A stretch of DNA of 64,000 bases from Bdellovibrionota bacterium (GTDB lineage Bacteria; Bdellovibrionota_C; UBA2361; JBGSMV01): assembly GCA_041739995.1 (NCBI GenBank), contig JBGSMV010000024.1, positions 28,355-92,354 of the forward strand, written 5' to 3'. The translations under genes were made by a program, and so were the position numbers. The notes beneath the pieces were generated by a model, which had not been told where the DNA came from, made no database searches, and saw only the letters and a program-made list of their open reading frames with translations. The first letter of the stretch is position 1, and every line of letters begins with the position of its first letter. Shown piece by piece: positions 10,093-19,677 of the stretch.

Positions 10093-11796
10093 CTAGCTCA
10101 CGACCTGAAGTTTGTATCTCCTTCCCTCGAGGCCTTTGAAGCGCACTTGCCCTGCGTCGTTTGTGGTCCGAACATTTCGGACTCGCAATTTACGAATTCC
10201 AAAGCGAGATCTTCTCACCTCCACTAAACGCACTGCGACACCTGGTACGATCTCTCCTGCCTCGTTGACCACACGAGCAACGATTCGTGTACGCCCGCTA
10301 GAAAGTCGCATCGTTTTGCGTTTTACTCTGAGGCGTGGCTCAGGACCCATTGGCGGAGCAATGGTTGGTACCACTGTCGGCGCTGGAGTGTTGATCTGAG
10401 GTGTCGGGCTCGGCATCATTGGAGTAGAAGTAGCGACCGGCGTAGCCGTGGCACTTAAGGTGGTAGACGCGGTCGGGGTCCGCGTCGGGGTTCTGGTGGG
10501 AGTACGCGTTGGTGTTCGTGTGGGAGTTATTGTCGGCGTGGGGGTCGGGGTAGACCCTCCAGACTCGGTGGCTAGGCAAGATCCATAGGTCGCCACATGA
10601 CTATCAATTTGATTTCGACTACCACTCGAGAAGGAGGTCTGAGCGCTGGAAACCGAGGGGTACATTACAGAGCGTGGCAATGAGGTGTCGTGGGATGCTG
10701 AAAAATTGTGCCCCACTTCATGCGAAAATATCAGATAGTCCAGAGATCCAAGACTACCCGTACCACGCATAGTGATACCAGTATTAGAAGACGAGGAACG
10801 ACAGACTACGCCCACCCACGCGATGCCAGCGACTCCGCTTTGTAGCGCCCTTCCCGTAAAGAGATGATTCAGATCTCGGCTGCCAGGATGTGGATTCTGC
10901 GCCAGAAAAGTTCCGTATTGTCCCAGAAGCGTCGAGGCGTTGTCGCTTGTCAGAATCGTCGAGGGCGATGTGAGAGATCTAATGCTGGTGATACTAAAGG
11001 TCAGTCCCAACTCAGCCCGGTAAATCGCATCAGCTAGATTTACGGCGTGCGCCATTTGAGTATTAGTGTTGTCGCCATGTCTCTGAAAGTATTCGTAGTC
11101 AGCGTCAGTGGCTAGATCGACTACTCGCAAAAGTGTTGCCGCCAGAACAATAGGACCACGGTTCGCGCTCTGTCCGCTACCAAGAAGCTGCAGTGGCTTC
11201 GAGTTTCCAAAACTATCTTCTGCTCCGCATCCACTGGTGGCAAAGGCCGTGCTTGGCAAACGAGACACACGACGCTCCAGGATCTTTCCCGCACGGTCGA
11301 CCTTCAGAATGATGTCATAGAAGCGCTTTGCTCCTGGCAAAAACCGGTTGCTCGACAGAAAGCTAATACGAACAATGCGATGCGTCTTGCCCTTCACTAC
11401 CGAAGCAGCAATCGGCGCATATGCACCACCGCCCCGTATTCGATGCACGATAGTTCCCTGATAGAGTGTCAGATCAGTGAGATCGCTGATCGCGGTTCCC
11501 TTATCAATAAACTTTGCCGCCCAGTTCTTTCGGAGCACACGATTGAGATGAATTGAGAATCTGCCAAGTCCGGCAGTCCTTCCGCGAAAGCTAAGCGCAA
11601 CGCGCCCTTCGTGCCTGCGCTGTCGCGCGAGCTCTCCAGGTACTTCGTCAGTGAGACGATGAAGGTTCGGCTGCACAAAAGTTATTCGAGTCTCAGCAAA
11701 AGATTCGCGGATCCAAAGAGAAGCGCATAACAAAATAAGCGCGAACGAAAGGCAGATTCGCTGAAAAGCAAAGGGGGGAGTCTTAATAAATGCCAC
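10093..11796 (-). CDS. secreted M12 (reprolysin-like) zinc metallopeptidase with Pro/Thr linker
   Basis: Signal-like N-terminus, GIAWVGVVC, HEVGHNFSASHD, Met-turn SVMYP, PTRT repeats. Confidence 0.88.
   Translation of the reverse strand: MAFIKTPPFAFQRICLSFALILLCASLWIRESFAETRITFVQPNLHRLTDEVPGELARQRRHEGRVALSFRGRTAGLGRFSIHLNRVLRKNWAAKFIDKGTAISDLTDLTLYQGTIVHRIRGGGAYAPIAASVVKGKTHRIVRISFLSSNRFLPGAKRFYDIILKVDRAGKILERRVSRLPSTAFATSGCGAEDSFGNSKPLQLLGSGQSANRGPIVLAATLLRVVDLATDADYEYFQRHGDNTNTQMAHAVNLADAIYRAELGLTFSITSIRSLTSPSTILTSDNASTLLGQYGTFLAQNPHPGSRDLNHLFTGRALQSGVAGIAWVGVVCRSSSSNTGITMRGTGSLGSLDYLIFSHEVGHNFSASHDTSLPRSVMYPSVSSAQTSFSSGSRNQIDSHVATYGSCLATESGGSTPTPTPTITPTRTPTRTPTRTPTRTPTASTTLSATATPVATSTPMMPSPTPQINTPAPTVVPTIAPPMGPEPRLRVKRKTMRLSSGRTRIVARVVNEAGEIVPGVAVRLVEVRRSRFGIRKLRVRNVRTTNDAGQVRFKGLEGRRYKLQVVS
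10465..10552 (-). repeat. coding Pro/Thr tandem repeat (12-bp units encoding PTRT)
   Basis: TPTPTPTITPTRTPTRTPTRTPTRTPT in the translation; boundaries approximate. Confidence 0.8.
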
Positions 11797-12279
11797 TAAA
11801 TACCTCTATTTCCAGTGGGCCCACCCGCTTAACTGCAAGAAGCAGGCTAGGCGCCACACTGAACGGAGGTTTGAAGGGAACCCAAATAGCGCTCGTTGAC
11901 GACTGGGAGCCGCCGCGTCTGGCAAATCTTGCTAACCATTTGAAAGAATGAGAAATCTGCGTAGGTACGCAACTCGCCATTGGCTGCGCAACGGACGAAG
12001 GAGCTGCGGGAATGGCCTCCCATACTGGGGGAGTGCAGTCTTCAAGCAGAAGCGCCTTCCCCGCGAACTGTCGCTCTCACAACCTGCCGTCACCTCCCCT
12101 ATTCTCGGCGGGCCGACTAAGTTAAGAACCGTTGATGCGAGGCAAGAGAGAAGGCATTAGAATTTTAGCTGCGCAAGCGTTCCATCGACTATCGTCTCAC
12201 GTTGGGCGAGCCGCTCCTTGCGTTTCTTCGCAAGAGACGAAGGAAATTTAATCTGCAAATTTACAACTAGGAGAAGCTT

Positions 12280-12927
12280 GTGTTCACAGGAATCGTATCC
12301 ACAACAGGCAAAGTCATTCAGGTTGAGAAGTCCCATGGGCTTTCGCGCATTACCGTTTCCTTACCTGCTGGCCTCGAAAGCGCCCTCGCTATTGGCGCGA
12401 GCATCTCGATCGACGGTGTCTGTCTAACGGTGACATCCTTTTCCGGGCAAAACGTATCCTTTGATGTAATGCATGAAACCTTAGTGCGAACCACGCTCGG
12501 CACGCTTACACCTGAGGCTTCGGTAAATATCGAACGCTCCACTCACTCTGGACAAGAAGTAGGTGGCCACATTTTATCAGGTCACGTTGACTGCACTGCG
12601 GAAGTTGCAGAGATTCGATCACCTGCGAATAACTACGTGCTCACTTTTCGCGTTCCTCAGCAGTGGATGAAGTATATTTTCGCAAAGGGCTTTGTTGCGC
12701 TCAACGGCTGTAGCTTGACGGTCACCGATCCAGACTATTCCCTCTACACTTTCCAGGTTTGGCTAATTCCCGAGACACTTCGTGTTACCACCTTTGGTGC
12801 CAAGAAATCGGGAGATCAAGTGAACCTTGAGGTAGACCGAACGACCCAGGTAATTGTGGATACCGTCCACTCCTTTCTTGCAACCAATCTGGATGCTCTA
12901 ATCAAGGGGCATCGGCCGGGCCCCTAA
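12280..12927 (+). CDS. ribC: riboflavin synthase alpha chain
   Basis: MFTGIV N-terminus, DGVCLTV, GGHILSGHVD, NGCSLTV, LIPETL, VNLEVD. Confidence 0.96.
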   Translation: MFTGIVSTTGKVIQVEKSHGLSRITVSLPAGLESALAIGASISIDGVCLTVTSFSGQNVSFDVMHETLVRTTLGTLTPEASVNIERSTHSGQEVGGHILSGHVDCTAEVAEIRSPANNYVLTFRVPQQWMKYIFAKGFVALNGCSLTVTDPDYSLYTFQVWLIPETLRVTTFGAKKSGDQVNLEVDRTTQVIVDTVHSFLATNLDALIKGHRPGP

Positions 12928-12962
12928 GGGACGAGAGGCCCCAACACCCCTTCTGCCGCAGT

Positions 12963-12999
12963 CTCCTTAGTAGGCTCCTTAGTAGGCTCCTTAGGTAGG
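12963..12999. repeat. intergenic tandem repeat, about 3 x CTCCTTAGTAGG
   Basis: ctccttagtagg ctccttagtagg ctccttaggtagg, followed by a partial cttttagg. Confidence 0.85.
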
Positions 13000-13170
13000 C
13001 TTTTAGGGCGTCTGATGTTACATATAGCGGCGGCTAATTCGAGTGGCCTGTTAGATAGGGCAGACCGAAACTGTCTCCCCTAAAGGCTGCTTTGCTTCAG
13101 GGAAGCACCTCGGGTCAAGGCCATCAAATTCGACTGCGTGAATTTTACAAGAGAACTGCACTACCCGCTC

Positions 13171-14301
13171 ATGAACGCCCCACAGTTTCAAATTCTTAGT
13201 GGCACGGGTAGCACTACAAGCTTGGTAGTCTCAGGTGTTTGGAAACTTTCCGAAGCACCCCCTACCGCCGAGCTGATGCTTGAGGCTATCAAGGCCAGTT
13301 CGTCAACGCCTGCAAAGATTTCTATCGCTGCTGAGAATCTCGGATTCTGGGATAGTTCGCTTTTCGCAGCGCTCTACACCACCGCACGCGAAGTCCTGCA
13401 CTTAGATATCCCCCTGGAGTACTCAAAGCTTCCCGTTGGCCTGCGCGGACTACTCACCCTCGCCTTGGCAGTTCCTCGCCGAGAAAGTCCGCCCACTGTC
13501 TCAAGCGGAACCTGGCTGTATCGGCTTGGTAAACGAACATTGAGTATTATCGATACCTTTCTTTCCGTTGCCCAGTTTATTGGCGAACTCTCTGTTGCTG
13601 TCGGGAGTCTTCTCACCGGGCGTGTGCGAATGCGTCGAAATGACTTCCTAGAGGTGCTACAGCAAGCGGGGCCCGCCGCTCTCCCTATCGTGTCTCTGAT
13701 AAGCGTGCTGGTTGGCCTCATTTTGGCATACATTGGCGCGATTCAGCTCAATCAGTTCGGTGCCCAGATTTACGTGGCAAACCTGGTTGGACTTGCCATG
13801 TCCCGCGAGATGGCAGGAATTATGGCTGGAATCATTCTCGCAGGGAGGACCGGAGCTGCGTTTGCCGCCCAACTTGGAACAATGCAGGTGAACGAAGAGA
13901 TTGACGCCCTCAAAACGCTTGGCGTTTCCCCGATGGAATCCTTAGTTCTTCCTCGCATGATTGCTCTGGTCGCCATGATCCCATTGCTATGCATGTACGC
14001 AATGTTGGCCGGCATCATTGGAGGTTTGATCGTAGGCACCGGAGTACTTGGCATTTCACTTCCTCTCTACTTCGAGCAAACCATCAAGGCCGTCAGACTG
14101 ATGGACATGTTTGTAGGGGTCGGAAAGAGCGTGTTCTTCGGTGCATTGGTTGCACTATGCGGCTGTTATCACGGAATGCGTTGCGGTCGAAGTGCCTCGG
14201 CAGTGGGAGAGGCCACCACCGCTGCGGTAGTTAGTGGCATTGTATGTGTAGTCGTTGCGGATGCGGTGTTCGCGGTGATTTGCGATATTATTGGGATATA
14301 G
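13171..14301 (+). CDS. mlaE: MlaE-family ABC permease with N-terminal STAS-like domain
   Basis: WDSS, QLNQFGA, GRTGAAFAAQLGTMQVNEEIDAL, VLPR, VGEATTAAVV. Confidence 0.92.
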   Translation: MNAPQFQILSGTGSTTSLVVSGVWKLSEAPPTAELMLEAIKASSSTPAKISIAAENLGFWDSSLFAALYTTAREVLHLDIPLEYSKLPVGLRGLLTLALAVPRRESPPTVSSGTWLYRLGKRTLSIIDTFLSVAQFIGELSVAVGSLLTGRVRMRRNDFLEVLQQAGPAALPIVSLISVLVGLILAYIGAIQLNQFGAQIYVANLVGLAMSREMAGIMAGIILAGRTGAAFAAQLGTMQVNEEIDALKTLGVSPMESLVLPRMIALVAMIPLLCMYAMLAGIIGGLIVGTGVLGISLPLYFEQTIKAVRLMDMFVGVGKSVFFGALVALCGCYHGMRCGRSASAVGEATTAAVVSGIVCVVVADAVFAVICDIIGI

Positions 14302-14514
14302 TAAGTGGCGTAAGTTATACGACTTACTGCATCCGCCGAGCAGACGCGAGGCCCAGCGACAAATAGTGTTTAAAATGAAATAAGATAGGAAAATGGTCGA
14401 CTGCCAAAATGAGAGACCCAGAATAGAAGCTTTAAGCCATTTTTCAAGAAACCAAATAAATGATTCGTAGCACCCGCTGAACTTAGAACTCGCTTATATT
14501 TTGTTAGACACTAA

Positions 14515-15285
14515 ATGAGTACAGCAATACGCGTTGATAATCTCACCATGGCCTACAGCGGGCGAGTGATCCAACGCGACTTGAACTTTGAGATCTCTCA
14601 AGGTGATATTTTTATCATTATGGGCGGAAGCGGCTGTGGGAAGAGCACCTTGCTGCGACATTTGATTGGTCTACAAGATCCTGCTGAGGGGAAAGTTTGG
14701 TACGGGAATGTCAGCCTAAGCGAGGCCGAGAGCGATGCGCGTGCGCAAATCATGCGCTCGTTTGGGGTGCTGTATCAGAAGGGTGCCCTGTGGAGCTCCC
14801 GAACCTTGGCCGAGAACGTGGCCTTCCCCCTTGAGGAGTACACTACTCTTTCGGCCTCAGCGATTTCAGAAATAGTCTCAGCAAAACTCGCGCTGGTAGG
14901 CCTTGCTGGCTTTGAAGAATACTATCCGTCTGAAATCAGCGGGGGCATGCAAAAACGCGCTGCGCTTGCACGTGCTATGGCGCTAGATCCTGCCATTCTG
15001 TTTTTTGACGAACCCTCCGCAGGGCTGGATCCAGTCAGCTCGCGTCGCCTCGACGAGCTTATCTTAGAGCTGCGTGACTCTCTCGGTGCTACCATCGTAA
15101 TTGTCACACACGAGTTGGCAAGCATCTTCGCCATAGGGTCCAATAGCGTTTTCCTTGATCCTGAAACCAAAACTATGTTGGCACAGGGCAGCCCGCGAGA
15201 GTTGCTCGACAACTGTCGTGACCGAAGCGTTCAACAGTTTTTAAGACGTGGGGAAGCTTCCTCAGAAATTCACGGTGAAACATGA
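14515..15285 (+). CDS. mlaF: MlaF/Mkl-type ABC ATPase
   Basis: GGSGCGKST, ISGGMQKR, FFDEPSAGLDP, VTHE. Confidence 0.93.
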   Translation: MSTAIRVDNLTMAYSGRVIQRDLNFEISQGDIFIIMGGSGCGKSTLLRHLIGLQDPAEGKVWYGNVSLSEAESDARAQIMRSFGVLYQKGALWSSRTLAENVAFPLEEYTTLSASAISEIVSAKLALVGLAGFEEYYPSEISGGMQKRAALARAMALDPAILFFDEPSAGLDPVSSRRLDELILELRDSLGATIVIVTHELASIFAIGSNSVFLDPETKTMLAQGSPRELLDNCRDRSVQQFLRRGEASSEIHGET

Positions 15286-16199
15286 GCAAGAAAGTAGACC
15301 CAACTAAACTTGGAATTTTTGTAGTGGTTGCTTTTGTTCTCGTCGTCGTGGCGGTGGCGCTGTTCGGGAGTGGACAGATGTTTAAGCGCCCGAATCGATA
15401 TGTGATTGTCTTTTCGGAGTCGGTGCAGGGCTTGAATATTGGCTCGCCAGTGAGACTTAAAGGAATTCAACTCGGCACCGTCGTTGACATACAAGCAATA
15501 TTTCAAGGCCAGAGTAATAGCGTGGCGATCCCTATATATGTGGAGATCGACCGCGAACGAATCAAAAATCTCGGAATTCTCGCGCCTTCTGCAGTAGAGC
15601 AACAAGCAACACTCTTAAAGGCGGGAATTCGCGCACAGCTAGTGACCGATAGCATTGTTACCGGGCAACGTGCGATCTCTTTGGACTTCAGACCGGAAAC
15701 TCCGGTTCGCCTCGCCAATATCGATCATACCGTCCCAGAAATTTCCTCGATCCCTTCTCCTCTAGAGGAAATTTCTGAGACCCTTCAAGCTCTGCCTATT
15801 CAAGAAATTGTCTCTAAATTTCATGCGACTCTAACCGCAGTCGAGCAAACAGTTTCGAGTCCTAGCTTCACCGAAGCAATTCAAGCCCTGGGACCTACGC
15901 TTAATGAGGTGCGGGAAAGCACCGCAAAAATATCAACTGAGTTGCAACCCTTGATAAGAGACTTGCGCAGCAAAGTTGATGCCTTTGATGCCGAGCGAAT
16001 ATTTCGACGACTGGAAGACAGCCTCGCTGCCATTGATACTGCCGCATCTGATGTAAGTTCATTAAGTAAAAAGGGATCTACATTCGATGTGAATCTGAAT
16101 CGCGCCTTGCTTGAAGTGGCCGCTGCCGCCCGGGAACTTCGAGAACTCGCCGAAATGTTACAGCGACGTCCTGAATCCCTCTTAACTGGAAAACAGTAG
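15282..16199 (+). CDS. MCE (MlaD/PqiB-like) protein
   Basis: N-terminal TM, FSESVQGLNIGSPVRLKGIQLGTV, helical tail ending RPESLLTGK. Confidence 0.9.
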   Translation: MSKKVDPTKLGIFVVVAFVLVVVAVALFGSGQMFKRPNRYVIVFSESVQGLNIGSPVRLKGIQLGTVVDIQAIFQGQSNSVAIPIYVEIDRERIKNLGILAPSAVEQQATLLKAGIRAQLVTDSIVTGQRAISLDFRPETPVRLANIDHTVPEISSIPSPLEEISETLQALPIQEIVSKFHATLTAVEQTVSSPSFTEAIQALGPTLNEVRESTAKISTELQPLIRDLRSKVDAFDAERIFRRLEDSLAAIDTAASDVSSLSKKGSTFDVNLNRALLEVAAAARELRELAEMLQRRPESLLTGKQ

Positions 16200-16207
16200 G
16201 AACGTAT

Positions 16208-16819
16208 ATGATAAGATGTCTTCTTCTTGCTACTTTGAGCGCAAGTCTGGCTGGTTGCCTTGGCGCTTCTCAACCATCACATTATTACGTACTCACCCCG
16301 ACTAAACCTGCCACCAGCCTTGAGTCGCCGCCCCTAAAGGCTGCTTTCAACTCTCGCCGTACTATTGGAATTGGCCCAATTGAGGTACCCAAATATCTTG
16401 ATCGTTCTAATTTGGTGACACTCAGCGGCACTAACCAGCTCAACATTTCGGAATTTGATACCTGGGCGGAGCCGCTCAACGAGGGACTACAGCGCGTCTT
16501 CGTACAAAACATCGGTCAATCATTAAAATCCAATGGAGTGCTGGTCGTCCCTCACCAGAGCCTGGACGCCCAAGAGCTTCAAGTTTCTGTTGCGATAGAT
16601 CGCTTCGAATGTGATTCCATGAAAAAATGCTTCTTTCAGTACCGGTGGGGCATACGAAGTGCCAACACTGCAAATATTTCTCAACCAAGCATGTCGACTC
16701 GTGAAGCAACTGCGCCTTCAGCAGTGGCTTCACAACAGGTAGAAACCTTAAATCTGCTCGTCGCAGAAGGCAGCAGAGAGATTGCAGAAACACTCTTACG
16801 GCATTACTCCTTGCCTTGA
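16208..16819 (+). CDS. PqiC-like ABC transport auxiliary lipoprotein
   Basis: Lipobox LAGC, YYVL, PKYLDR, WAEPL. Confidence 0.88.
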   Translation: MIRCLLLATLSASLAGCLGASQPSHYYVLTPTKPATSLESPPLKAAFNSRRTIGIGPIEVPKYLDRSNLVTLSGTNQLNISEFDTWAEPLNEGLQRVFVQNIGQSLKSNGVLVVPHQSLDAQELQVSVAIDRFECDSMKKCFFQYRWGIRSANTANISQPSMSTREATAPSAVASQQVETLNLLVAEGSREIAETLLRHYSLP

Positions 16820-17000
16820 AGATTCCTATCAGAACGCGCGCGAAGCAAAGTTCCACCAGAAGAATACTGGCTACGAAGTTTCCCTACTCGTCTCTCATAG
16901 ACCCTCGCTTGATTCCTCGTACATTCTCCCATGGAGCAAGGTTGTCACTAAGAGGACTAGGGGGGAGAAAAGAAACTCGCCCTTGTAATAGCTAAACTCT

Positions 17001-17315
17001 ATGAACACTCTCAGAAGATCCGCCCCAGACCGCCTGCACTCAGCTGGCACAAGCATCATCGAGGCGCTGCTGCTGATAGGTTTTTCCGCACTCTTCGTGG
17101 TTATGGGTTTAAACATATTTTCTGATGGTGTCACTCGCTCATACTGCAAAGCTTCAGTCGGGATAGCTGTGGCCGATCAGGGAGGTGGCACTGATGAAGT
17201 ATCTGGCGGCGGAGGGCAAGCTGTCCGCCCCAAACCGTCAACTAGGCGCCCTGGAATGACTAACTCGCAGATATTGATTGAGAGCTGCGTAGCAGTAGCT
17301 CGAGGTCCAGGCTAG
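17001..17315 (+). CDS. small Flp/Tad-type prepilin-like protein
   Basis: Basic leader, G|TSIIEALLLIG (Gly-1, Glu+5), hydrophobic helix, two Cys. Confidence 0.55.
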   Translation: MNTLRRSAPDRLHSAGTSIIEALLLIGFSALFVVMGLNIFSDGVTRSYCKASVGIAVADQGGGTDEVSGGGGQAVRPKPSTRRPGMTNSQILIESCVAVARGPG

Positions 17316-17410
17316 GCCTCCGGAAGGCGAAGGCCCCGGAAGGGGCCAATGTGGTGGCAAGTCACCCTGCTAAACGCAAGAAGCGTGTCTCCTCGCGGTT
17401 AACTTCCTCC

Positions 17411-18526
17411 TCAAGCACATTCCACGCCCTTCTCGCTCTGTCTAAGCTCATGCAGCTCATTGAAAAGAATTTGCCCCGACTCGCCTAGGAGCGCGCACTC
17501 ACCTTCCAATCGCCTTAGTGCCTCTAGATTATCCAAAGACATTTGCAACTTTCTATAGGGAGTAAAGTCTCCCGCGTGGGGGCTGACAGAGACAAAACCA
17601 AAGTTGACACATCTCATTGCGTGCTCAGATGCATGCGATGAGCGAATAGTTATCTGCGTGCTCTGCTCGCTTGAACAAAAAGACACTGCCGATTCTCTCT
17701 CCCAGGCCCATTTACGAGCCGCAATACCATGCTCACCCGCCGTGTATTCCAGAAATAGGCTTTGAACCTTAAATGGGAGCGCCGCTGCCACCTTTTCCAA
17801 CGCATCTGTTATCGAGGATTCGAATCGTACAATCACGGTCCAGCCAGAAAGCGCATCCATCACCTTAAGCCCACTGATCTTCGCTCCAGACTCTGCGCCT
17901 TCCAGGTTCACTTCTTGAGCGAAGAGGTGCCCCAGGCCGAATGGCTTTAGTAGAGACATGGAAGCGCTCACAGGCTTAAACAGGGCCGCGTAGCTGGATC
18001 TGATGCTCGAGGGGTCGAAATCTTGGTCCAATCTGGAAATGAAGCGCGTCAGCGTCGCATGACTAGCTTTCTTTAAGCGCGCTACGTCAGCCGGACTAAG
18101 ATCAGGATGTGTGACCTGGTATGACGGGAGCCACTCCGGAATCACTACACGGAGCCTCCTCGCACCCTGCATCCCCGTCACTTTTCGTAGAGTCCCTAGC
18201 GCAGCCAGAAGTTCGTTGGAGGGCTTTCTCGATTTTCCGGTAGCATTGAGCCGAACTTGTCGAACGGTACTCATCAGGCGCGTGGCATGTTTGCGGTGGT
18301 AGTCGAACTGATAGCAAAGCGCAGTGAGAATTTGTCCGCGCTCTTTTCGCCCAGCTTTGTGGTACCGCTCTCGCGCCTCAGAAATAATGCTGAGCTTTTC
18401 CGCTCCGGAGCGCTTACGAGCCTGCGTCCTATGAAGCCTATTCTCAAGCTCAATTCCCACAGCCTCACCAGAGGGCAGTCCCGCGTTGGTATTCGTTAGC
18501 AATTCCACAAGCAACCTCTTTGTCAT
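17411..18526 (-). CDS. transposase/integrase-derived protein, catalytic motifs degenerate
   Basis: RERYHKAGRKERGQILTALCYQFDYHRKHATRLM, RRLRVVIPEWLPSY, SHATLTR, DALSGWT and LPF match a DDE integrase-core transposase family in order. Confidence 0.7.
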   Translation of the reverse strand: MTKRLLVELLTNTNAGLPSGEAVGIELENRLHRTQARKRSGAEKLSIISEARERYHKAGRKERGQILTALCYQFDYHRKHATRLMSTVRQVRLNATGKSRKPSNELLAALGTLRKVTGMQGARRLRVVIPEWLPSYQVTHPDLSPADVARLKKASHATLTRFISRLDQDFDPSSIRSSYAALFKPVSASMSLLKPFGLGHLFAQEVNLEGAESGAKISGLKVMDALSGWTVIVRFESSITDALEKVAAALPFKVQSLFLEYTAGEHGIAARKWAWERESAVSFCSSEQSTQITIRSSHASEHAMRCVNFGFVSVSPHAGDFTPYRKLQMSLDNLEALRRLEGECALLGESGQILFNELHELRQSEKGVECA

Positions 18527-18770
18527 AAAGTCTATGAACTGGTATTCATTCCCAGTTTAAAGACGCAACATAAGGTTACCCTACGCGTTTCTTCTAGAAT
18601 TTGAGCTTTAGCCAAACGAGATCAAAATCGATATATATTTCGTTAATACAAGTGGTTATCTCTACTCGTACCAGCACTTTTGAGGCCGTTTCTACGAAAT
18701 GTCAAAATCAACCTATAGAATGTTTATTATCCCCATTTATAGGACGATAGGTAGAAGGTAGGAATACTCT

Positions 18771-19601
18771 ATGGTCTTAAAGCCTGAACACCTCAAACGT
18801 CTAATGCGCCCCATCGTGCGGGCCTTCCTCAGGCACACCTACTCAATTCATGACTTTATGGCATTAGCCAAAAGTGTCTTTGTCGAAGTTGCGGAAGAGG
18901 AAATCCTCAGTTCAGGAGGCAAACCAAACGTGAGTCGTCTCAGCGCTATGACCGGAGTCTACCGTAAAGAGGTCTCTCAGATATTTACCAAAAATGCGCC
19001 GCCCCTCTACCAAGGTGCAAGCTTGATCGCCCGCGTGCTGTCCGCATGGGAGAGCAACAAAAAGTTCAGCAGCTCTCCCGGGAAACCGCGTTGCCTCACC
19101 TATGGCACAAGCGACAGTGAGTTCAGCGCATTGGTCTCCTCTGTAAGCACCGACATTCATGAGGGGACTGTTTTAAACGAACTAAAACGTGCGCGCATGG
19201 TTGAGATTACAGAGCAAGGTGCGTGCATGAGCAAACGTGAAGCCTATGTACCAGGAGATGTAGATCGCGCCGTCTCTATCATCGCGGGGAACATGGAAAA
19301 CTGTCTGCGTTCAGGCGAGCAAAACGCACTTTCGAACCCACAGCCAAGAAACCTTCATTTGCGCACTGCATACGACAACTTATACCTCGACAAGTTGCCA
19401 GAAATTCGAGCCTGGGTACTAGAGCAAGGCAGGGATTTTCACCGGCGCATCAGAGAATTCGTTGCGCCTTTCGATTGTGATCTTGGGATTGATCAAGAGC
19501 CCGAGCGTCCAAGCAGGGGACATCTCGTGGTGTCCTCGTTCAGTTATAGCGCAACACCCCCTGAGCAATCGTCGTCCGAGCAGACTCTTCCGGCCGAGTA
19601 A
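18771..19601 (+). CDS. DUF6502 family protein (putative DNA-binding)
   Basis: LMRPIVRAFLRH, FVEVAEEE, NVSRLSAMTGVYRKEV, RVLSAW, FSALVSSVSTDIHEGTVLNEL. Confidence 0.78.
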   Translation: MVLKPEHLKRLMRPIVRAFLRHTYSIHDFMALAKSVFVEVAEEEILSSGGKPNVSRLSAMTGVYRKEVSQIFTKNAPPLYQGASLIARVLSAWESNKKFSSSPGKPRCLTYGTSDSEFSALVSSVSTDIHEGTVLNELKRARMVEITEQGACMSKREAYVPGDVDRAVSIIAGNMENCLRSGEQNALSNPQPRNLHLRTAYDNLYLDKLPEIRAWVLEQGRDFHRRIREFVAPFDCDLGIDQEPERPSRGHLVVSSFSYSATPPEQSSSEQTLPAE

Positions 19602-19677
19602 GTACATGAGTTTTCGGTTTACGAAAGGCAGCTAGAGCAACACTCGAGCGCTCTGTTCTCATCACAAGAGGGGCAGG

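Noticed and set aside
11800..12279. FMN riboswitch upstream of riboflavin synthase
   Set aside because: The conserved FMN aptamer words (GGGCAGGGTGAAATTCCC, AGTCCGGATG) are absent.
14470..14512. Integron attC site (GTTAGAC core before mlaF)
   Set aside because: No matching RYYYAAC inverse core or paired arms, and no integrase.
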